This document shows positions 36,280 through 43,600 of a stretch of DNA of 43,600 nucleotides, in pieces (positions within the stretch are counted from its first letter, which is position 1; each line of letters opens with the position of its first letter). The stretch spans positions 24,404,115 to 24,447,714 of the forward strand of contig NC_069003.1 of assembly GCF_001194135.2 (NCBI RefSeq), written 5' to 3'. The position numbers and the translations under genes were made by a program. The DNA is from Octopus bimaculoides (lineage: Eukaryota). The notes below the pieces were generated by a model. That model did no database searches, had not been told where the DNA came from, and saw nothing but the letters and a program-made list of their open reading frames with translations.

Positions 36280-36320
36280 GCACCACCACGCACACATTCA
36301 TATATATATGTATATATACA

Positions 36321-36352
<32 letters not shown>

Positions 36353-36657
36353 CAGAAGCATACTGGGGGAGGGGACAACAGGTCTTTATTCGTAGATATA
36401 AATATTTAATTTAACACGTGTACACATACACACATCACGCACACATACACACACACACACACACACATCATGCACGCATACACACAGACATTCACCCCCA
36501 CATCACATATACTAATTAGATACAGCGTAATCAATAGTGGGTTGTAATATATTCTTATTTAAAAAGGAGTTTCAGTTGCTTTATCTTTTGGATCTGCATT
36601 TCCTTTGAACGGCCAAGAATCGAAAGGCTATTTTGTTTCGGAGAAACCAACGCCAGA

Positions 36658-36718
36658 ATGTCACAAACATTATATTTGCTACTTTTGTGTGGACTTTTCG
36701 CCTCAGCTTTGGCTACAT
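36658..36718 (+). CDS. Gene 2 exon 1: signal peptide (MSQTLYLLLLCGLFASALAT)
   Basis: ATG in context ccagaATG, hydrophobic core, small-residue ALA cleavage motif, donor T|gtaagt in phase 1. T plus GT of the next exon gives Cys. Confidence 0.85.
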
Positions 36719-36899
36719 GTAAGTTAGATTATTTCTTTTGGCTATTATATGTTTGATTTGGAGGAGTTGTTGGAAGGATTGACATATCCTAATGTAAATT
36801 TAAATGTAAATTCTATGTTCAGATCCTAACGAGATCGATAGAATAGGTAACGGTCAAGTACATAGATCGGCACAATCGACTGTTCACCAGCCATACAAG

Positions 36900-36960
<61 letters not shown>

Positions 36961-37732
36961 NNNNNNNNNNNNNNNNNNNNNNNNNNNNNNNNNNNNNNNN
37001 NNNNNNNNNNNNNNNNNNNNNNNNNNNNNNNNNNNNNNNNNNNNNNNNNNNNNNNNNNNNNNNNNNNNNNNNNNNNNNNNNNNNNNNNNNNNNNNNNNNN
37101 NNNNNNNNNNNNNNNNNNNNNNNNNNNNNNNNNNNNNNNNNNNNNNNNNNNNNNNNNNNNNNNNNNNNNNNNNNNNNNNNNNNNNNNNNNNNNNNNNNNN
37201 NNNNNNNNNNNNNNNNNNNNNNNNNNNNNNNNNNNNNNNNNNNNNNNNNNNNNNNNNNNNNNNNNNNNNNNNNNNNNNNNNNNNNNNNNNNNNNNNNNNN
37301 NNNNNNNNNNNNNNNNNNNNNNNNNNNNNNNNNNNNNNNNNNNNNNNNNNNNNNNNNNNNNNNNNNNNNNNNNNNNNNNNNNNNNNNNNNNNNNNNNNNN
37401 NNNNNNNNNNNNNNNNNNNNNNNNNNNNNNNNNNNNNNNNNNNNNNNNNNNNNNNNNNNNNNNNNNNNNNNNNNNNNNNNNNNNNNNNNNNNNNNNNNNN
37501 NNNNNNNNNNNNNNNNNNNNNNNNNNNNNNNNNNNNNNNNNNNNNNNNNNNNNNNNNNNNNNNNNNNNNNNNNNNNNNNNNNNNNNNNNNNNNNNNNNNN
37601 NNNNNNNNNNNNNNNNNNNNNNNNNNNNNNNNNNNNNNNNNNNNNNNNNNNNNNNNNNNNNNNNNNNNNNNNNNNNNNNNNNNNNNNNNNNNNNNNNNNN
37701 NNNNNNNNNNNNNNNNNNNNNNNNNNNNNNNN

Positions 37733-37776
<44 letters not shown>

Positions 37777-38403
37777 GGGGGAGGGAACTAGTCGATTACA
37801 TCGACCCCAGTGTTTCACTGGTATTTAATTTATCGACCCCGAAAGCATGAAAGGCAAAGTCTACCTTGGCGGTATTTGAATTCAGAATGTGCCGATTCTG
37901 CCAACTTGCCGCCTTATATATGTATACATAACAAGTTAAAGGGATTAATGAACCAGACAGATACCTATAAACCACTCAGTGTTAAATGAAGTTGGTTAAC
38001 TATATCAAACAATCAGATGCCAATAAACTCAAGTAGAATTCACATCTAAACTAATTCGTCTTGAATGGCAAGTAAATCCGAATATCGCTTTGAAGAATTT
38101 GAAGAAATTCGGAGGAGACATAAGACAACAAGAACCTGAATGGAGAAAGCCACATCTTTAATTGATGTTTATATCATATTACATTACGAATGATCGTTTC
38201 TATTGCGCCAGCATATTTAGATAGAGAAAAATGATATATAAAATACCAGTCAAAATTATATCCTCGAAAATATATGCTAACACAACGTTATCAAGGTAAT
38301 CTAAAATGAGATATATTCAAAGTGGACTAAGAAAATATTTCTAATAGACAAACGTTGATGACGTCAGTAGATAACGCAAGAATGAAAACATAAATATAGA
38401 AAA

Positions 38404-38719
38404 AGATGAGGAATTATGTACATTATTTACATTATTTATATTTGACGGATATTTGTCCTCATCTTGTTTGTTGTTAGCACAACGTTTCCGCTGATAGACC
38501 CTTCAGCCTTCATCAGGTGTCTTGGGGAAATTTCGAACCTGGGTTCTCATTCCTAAGGTATTTTTTAATGTTGTTATTATTATCATTATTATTAAGGTCA
38601 CTGCCTGCAATCGAACTCGAAATCTTGGGGTTAACAGCGCGGGTTACTAACCCCGAGATTCTGAGTTCGATTCCAGGCAGTGACCTTAATAATAACAACA
38701 ACAACATCATAAAAATACC
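38404..38719 (-). mobile_element. Family D element copy 2, fused head-to-head with an inverted partial copy
   Basis: Reverse complement matches copy 1. Arms 38557-38633 and 38648-38719 form an imperfect palindrome centred in the tRNA head. Confidence 0.75.
38476..38521 (-). ncRNA. Minimal type I hammerhead ribozyme motif (degenerate copy)
   Basis: Minus strand GACAC-CTGATGA-A-GGCTG(aagggtctat)CAGCG-GAAAC-GT-T-GTGCT. Confidence 0.62.
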
Positions 38720-39504
38720 ATTGGAAGNNNNNNNNNNNNNNNNNNNNNNNNNNNNNNNNNNNNNNNNNNNNNNNNNNNNNNNNNNNNNNNNNNNNNNNNN
38801 NNNNNNNNNNNNNNNNNNNNNNNNNNNNNNNNNNNNNNNNNNNNNNNNNNNNNNNNNNNNNNNNNNNNNNNNNNNNNNNNNNNNNNNNNNNNNNNNNNNN
38901 NNNNNNNNNNNNNNNNNNNNNNNNNNNNNNNNNNNNNNNNNNNNNNNNNNNNNNNNNNNNNNNNNNNNNNNNNNNNNNNNNNNNNNNNNNNNNNNNNNNN
39001 NNNNNNNNNNNNNNNNNNNNNNNNNNNNNNNNNNNNNNNNNNNNNNNNNNNNNNNNNNNNNNNNNNNNNNNNNNNNNNNNNNNNNNNNNNNNNNNNNNNN
39101 NNNNNNNNNNNNNNNNNNNNNNNNNNNNNNNNNNNNNNNNNNNNNNNNNNNNNNNNNNNNNNNNNNNNNNNNNNNNNNNNNNNNNNNNNNNNNNNNNNNN
39201 NNNNNNNNNNNNNNNNNNNNNNNNNNNNNNNNNNGCAACAAGGATATCCAAAGTTAATGCAGTACGATCGTTTCATGCGACTCCATTTAATTAAGCAATG
39301 TGAACATTACATCAAATGTAAAATGCAGAGCAATCCTCAGCTGCACAAAGATATAGAAATTTAATGAAATTACATTTCAACAGAAGGACATATTTTTATA
39401 ACTACATTTAAACTCTGCAAGTAGAAAAGGAGAATACAAAGAAAAAAAAACTTTTTGACTTAGCCAATATATATTTAACAATCATTTATATGATATTTTT
39501 TCAG

Positions 39505-39642
39505 GTCCAGCTAAATGCTCCTTACCAACTTACGATTGCACACAACCATTTCCTGACTGTCTGTCAAAGGGGGCCACTGTTGTGTGTGTTGAAAATTCTA
39601 AATTTCAATGTGTTATAGAAGTTCCACGTTCTGATCCAATTT
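39505..39642 (+). CDS. Gene 2 exon 2: six-Cys module 1 ((C)PAKCSLPTYDCTQPFPDCLSKGATVVCVENSKFQCVIEVPRSDPI)
   Basis: Acceptor attttttcag|, donor T|gtaagt, phase 1 to 1, 138 nt, open and Cys-rich. Confidence 0.88.
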
Positions 39643-39807
39643 GTAAGTATCTCTATATCAGATTCGACAGTAGTTTGTGTTTTTTCCCCTTTATTTTTTT
39701 GCTCTTTTTATTTTTTGTCTTGGCAAGAAGCTAAGCCTGGCTAATCAAGCTTCCATTATCGCTTGTTGTTTAGTTACTATAATTATACATTCTGTAGGCG
39801 TAAACAT

Positions 39808-40255
39808 GTGGAGGCGCAATGGTCCAGTGGTTAGGACAGCGGACTCGCGGTCATAGGATCGCGGTTGTGAGTGTTTATTGAGCGAAAACACCTAAACCTC
39901 CACGAGGCTCCAGCAGGGGATAGTGGCGAACCCTGCTGTACTCTTTCACCACAACTTTCTCTCACTCTTACNNNNNNNNNNAGCAGGGGATAGTGGCGAA
40001 CCCTGCTGTACTCTTTCACCACAACTTTCTCTCACTCTTACTTCCTGTTTCTGTTGCGCCTGTAATTCAAAGGGTCAGCCTTGTCACTCTGTGTGACGCT
40101 GAATATCTCCGAGAACTACGTTAAGGGTACACGTGTCTGTGGAGTGATCAGCCACTTGTACGTCAATTTCACGAGCAGGCCGTTCCGTTGATCGGATCAA
40201 CTGGAACCCTCGACGTCGTAAGAGACAGAATGCCAACAACAACAACAACAACAAC
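39808..40255 (+). mobile_element. SINE family C, inserted at the head of a family B SINE
   Basis: Perfect 12-bp TSD AGGCGTAAACAT (39796-39807 and 40256-40267). A degenerate family B body follows at 40268-40430. Confidence 0.92.
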
Positions 40256-40518
40256 AGGCGTAAACATAGGTGCATGTTTCAGAAACTCGCTTTTCAACCA
40301 CGCGGTTTCGGGTTCAGTCTCACTGCGCGGCACTTTGGGTAAGTGTACTCTACTATAACGTCGGGTCAACCAAAGCCTTGGGAGTAGATTTGATAGAAGG
40401 AAACTATGCGGAAGCCAGTGGTATATGTGTGTGTGTATGTGCGTATATTTGTGTGGTGTGTATCCATCCATCCGTCTCTCTGTCTGTCAATCTCCTTATA
40501 AACTTGCTATTTTTTCAG

Positions 40519-40860
40519 GTCCTCAGTGTAATGAGCCTGGTTATAAATGTACCGGAATATATTTAGTCGACAACTGCACAGATATGTTATACGTATGTCC
40601 AGACAGGAGCATGTCCATTTATTACTGCGTTGAATACGATAAATCGACAAAACCAGCTATCACAACGACATCCCTTCCCACCACTACTACCACCGCACCG
40701 GAACCAACCACCACTCCTAAACCGACCACCACCCCGGAACCGACCACTACTCCAGAACCGACCACCACCCCGAAACCGACCACCACCCCGGAACCGACTA
40801 CCACCACCACTATGCAAACGACTACCGTGGTGTTACCGACCACCACGACAGAAATGCCAG
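40519..40860 (+). CDS. Gene 2 exon 3: six-Cys module 2 plus Thr/Pro mucin-like stalk
   Basis: Acceptor attttttcag|, donor CCAG|gtaagt, phase 1 to 1, 342 nt. Reads (C)PQCNEPGYKCTGIYLVDNCTDMLYVCPDRSMSIYYCVEY followed by PTTTP[E/K] repeats. Confidence 0.9.
40698..40805 (+). repeat. Coding 18-bp tandem repeat, six copies, encoding P[E/K]PTTT
   Basis: PEPTTTPKPTTTPEPTTTPEPTTTPKPTTTPEPTTT read directly, with synonymous variation between units. Confidence 0.9.
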
Positions 40861-40984
40861 GTAAGTGATTCTAGTGAATAGTAATGATAGGGGAGAAAGG
40901 AGCAGAGGATTAAAGAGCTGAAGGAGGAGGAGGAGGAACAGTAATAGTTATGGCTTACATTGCTCACAAGGGGTTTGAAAGGGC

Positions 40985-41370
40985 TAAAGACAGGCACTTT
41001 CCACTTCGGCAAGTTGAGGGTGGAGAGGTAAGTGTTGCCCTGTAACAAGTTTGTTGAAAGGTGAGTGAATGTTGGAAGAATGGCCAGTGACAACGGACCA
41101 ATTCTGAGCGTGCATCTGTAAACAAAAGAAGAGCTCTTGCCCTGTTGTCCAGACACCAGTGGCTTTTGTGGGGTTTTCCACGAGGTCCTTAAAGCGCCTC
41201 CCCTATTGAGAGTTTTAAATTCTTTAATTTTTAATCGTTATATATATTGTTTACACGTTGTAGAACCCATTGTATCGTCCTGTTTTTGTCTTTTATGTTG
41301 TATGTGTTTTAATGTAATTTTATGTAAGCCCTTGTGGACAATAAACGAATTTATTATTATTATTATTATT
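40985..41370 (+). mobile_element. Tx1-type LINE 3' end with AATAAA and (ATT)n tail
   Basis: Similar to 5310-5500 in both residual coding frame and UTR; simple-repeat tail. Confidence 0.65.
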
Positions 41371-41648
41371 TGTGGAGACGCAATGGCCCAGCGGTTAAGG
41401 CAGCGGACTCGCGGTCGGAGGATCGCGGTTTCGATTCCCAGACCAGGCGTTGTGTTGTGTTTGCTTATTGAACGAAAACATCTAAAGCTCCACGAGGTTC
41501 TCACTCTTTCTTCCTGTTTCTTGAGTAAAGCTGCGGTGGACTGGCGTCCTGTCCAGTTGGGGGATGGAACTCATACGCCATAGAAACCAGGAAACCGGGC
41601 CCATGAGCCTGGCTAAGCTTTAAAAGGGCGCATAAATAAATAAATAAA
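41371..41648 (+). mobile_element. SINE with family C head and a different 3' module, (AAAT)n tail
   Basis: The 5' 150 nt align to family C; the 3' part aligns to 42285-42378. Confidence 0.8.
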
Positions 41649-41673
41649 TTATTATTATTATTATTAATAATAA

Positions 41674-41903
41674 GGCGGCGAGCTGGCAGAATTGTTAGCA
41701 CGCTGAACGAAATGCTGAGCGGTATTTCGCCCGTCGCAACGTTCTGAGTTCAAATCCCGCCGAGGTCGACTTTGCCTTTCATCCTTTCGGGGTCGATAAA
41801 TTAAGTACCAGTTGAACACTGGAGTCGATGTAATCGACTATCCCCCTCTCCCAAAATTTTAGGCCTTGTGCCTATAATAGAAAATATTATTGTTGTTGTT
41901 GTT
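41674..41903 (+). mobile_element. SINE family A (Nin/Deu-domain-like), full length
   Basis: ggcggcgagctggcagaa head, gagttcaaatcc B box, and gactttgcctttcatcctttcggggtcgataaattaagtaccag central domain. Partial or degenerate copies at about 2431-2553(-), 4481-4652(-), 8941-9277(-, two), 19205-19400(-), 19420-19640(-), 30090-30150, 32760-32930, 33060-33245, 34440-34650(-), 34680-34870, 35210-35375 and 37775-37915(-). Confidence 0.85.
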
Positions 41904-41921
41904 CCTATCGGGATTTTATAG

Positions 41922-42076
41922 GTAATCAATGTATAAGAATTCCAGGACTTTTCCTACCTATTCCTAACTTTTGTCTACCGAAAACGCCTGATGATAAATG
42001 CCCATATGCTGTCTTCGAGAAGGACCCGATTCATCAGTGTGAAAATAAGAACTTAGCATGCTGTGTCCTAAAAAAG
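41922..42076 (+). CDS. Gene 2 exon 4: six-Cys module ending in CC ((G)NQCIRIPGLFLPIPNFCLPKTPDDKCPYAVFEKDPIHQCENKNLACCVLKK)
   Basis: Acceptor ggattttatag| in phase 1 matches exon 3; donor AAG|gtaatt in phase 0. The frame is open over unique sequence between two SINEs. Cys spacing C-x13-C-x8-C-x12-C-x6-CC. Confidence 0.78.
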
Positions 42077-42132
42077 GTAATTGTTTTGTTACGAATTTGA
42101 TTGAATTTTTGTTGTTGTTGTTGTTATTTACA

Positions 42133-42390
42133 GTCCAGCGTGGCTTAGTGGTTAGGGTGTCAGCATCATGATCGTAAGACTGTGATTTCGATTCCTGGAC
42201 CGGGCGACGCGCTGTGTTCCTGAGCAAAACACTTCATTTCACGTTGCTCCAGTCCACTCAGCTGGCAAAAATGAGTAATGTTGCGATGGACTGGCGTCCA
42301 GTCCAGCTGGGGAACACATATGCCATTGAAACCAGGAAACCGGGTCCATGAGCCTGGCTAGGCTTTAAAAGGGCGCATTTATATTTTTTT
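42133..42390 (+). mobile_element. tRNA-derived SINE with Meta/V-type central and 3' domains
   Basis: A/B boxes, then tgtgttcctgagcaaaacactt...ctccagtccactcagctg and gcgatggactggcgtcc. Domain naming is from recalled consensus and was not searched. Confidence 0.7.
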
Positions 42391-42399
42391 TATTTTGCA

Positions 42400-42618
42400 T
42401 GAAGGGATGCTGAAAAGTTCCTGGCTTCGAGTAAAAGAAAATACAGGAGGATCAGTTGATTATGATTTCATTCAGTATATTCCCTTCTCAGATTCTCACA
42501 CCTAATGCAGCGATCCTTCAGTTTTTCTAAGCCCTGTAAAAGAACTCGGAAGGTTAGGCCTCCAACTAAGCGTTTCGCTATGCCCCTAAAGCCAGTAACA
42601 CTTTTCACCACCCCATCG
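42400..42618 (-). mobile_element. Second copy of the mariner MITE, inverted
   Basis: Reverse complement aligns with 15327-15533. TIRs gaagggatgctgaaaagttcctggc and gccagtaacacttttcaccaccccatcg|TA. Confidence 0.8.
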
Positions 42619-42732
42619 TACATGGAGGGTTACAAAAAAAATAGAAAGGAAATAATCATAAAAACAAAGCGAAAAATATCTGCCTAGTGATCGATCTATA
42701 TACCTGTTTATCTGTCTGTGTGTCTGTATGTA

Positions 42733-42830
42733 CAAAGGTTGGACAAAATAATGGAAACATCCTGCTAAACGGCAATTTTATTATTTAGTACAGAGCTGGT
42801 TCGCCTTTGATTTAGTTAATTTGATTTAGA
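42733..42830 (+). mobile_element. Tc1-like left TIR fragment
   Basis: TA|CAAAGGTTGGACAAAATAATGGAAACA is similar to the TIRs at 3502 and 18301. Confidence 0.65.
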
Positions 42831-43269
42831 CGTGTGCGTATATGTATGTGTGTGCGTTTGTGTGTGCGTGTATGTATGTGTGTGCGTGCGTGTGCGTATG
42901 TGTGTGTGAGTGCATGTATGTATGTATGTGCGTGTGAGCGTGTATGTGTGCGTGTGTGTATGTAAAGATAAATCACATAAAGAGCAATCACCGAAGAAAG
43001 AAAGAAAGAGAGAGAGAGAGAAAGACGGAAAGAAAAGAAGAGAAGAGAAGAAAAGAAAATGTAAGAAATAGAAACAAGAAGTGTGGCGCCACTCTACAAT
43101 TGCATAGCCATTGCTTGGTGTGCGACCATGCTACAGCTTTAATTTTGTGGACGCCTCTTTTTTTTATCGAACCGCTAAATCATGGGAACGTTCACAAACA
43201 CTGCTTGTCAAGCGGTCATAGGGACAAACGCACGCACGCCCACACACACTGATACACACAGACGCGCGC

Positions 43270-43343
43270 GCACACACACACACACATACAAATACATCCA
43301 TACATACATATATATATATACATACATACATACATACATACAT

Positions 43344-43379
<36 letters not shown>

Positions 43380-43387
43380 ACATACAT

Positions 43388-43432
<45 letters not shown>

Positions 43433-43540
43433 CATACATACACACATATATATATATATACATACATACATACACACATATATATATATACATACATACA
43501 TACATACACACATATATATATATATATACATACATACATA

Positions 43541-43571
<31 letters not shown>

Positions 43572-43600
43572 ACATACATACACATATATATATATATATA
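43270..43600. repeat. Higher-order (TACA)n-CA-(TA)n compound tandem array
   Basis: Direct reading; runs off the window end. Confidence 0.9.

Noticed and set aside
36548-36580. TATTTAAA plus TCAGT upstream of gene 2 as a TATA/Inr pair
   Set aside because: The spacing is only about 18 nt rather than about 30, in very AT-rich DNA, so it is not distinguishable from chance.

Overview
Eukaryotic, AT-rich, repeat-dense draft-assembly window with many N-gaps, most of them at microsatellites. The SINE and transposon repertoire suggests an octopod cephalopod; this is an inference, not a database result. Nearly all ORFs in the supplied track are microsatellite or gap artefacts. Reading splice sites by hand gives two divergently oriented multi-exon genes. 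(1) Minus strand: a C-type-lectin-like domain, an LDL-receptor class A domain and a CUB domain. It has six phase-consistent exons at 289-7748, a probable first exon at 28340-28438, and runs off the left edge. (2) Plus strand: a secreted protein with four phase-consistent exons at 36658-42076. It comprises a signal peptide, two tandem six-cysteine modules I cannot assign to a known family, a PTTTP[E/K] mucin-like stalk and a beta-defensin/clip-like C-C-C-C-CC module. Introns and intergenic DNA hold Tc1 (DD36E spacing), Tigger, mariner and hAT elements, LINE fragments (Tx1, CR1/L2-group, R4/Dong-like, Hero-like), several tRNA-derived SINE families, a 250-bp foldback and a Helentron/DINE-like element. 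The most unusual non-coding signal is a tRNA-headed short repeat, present twice. It carries a minimal type I hammerhead ribozyme motif, and both copies show Penelope-style inverted junctions.
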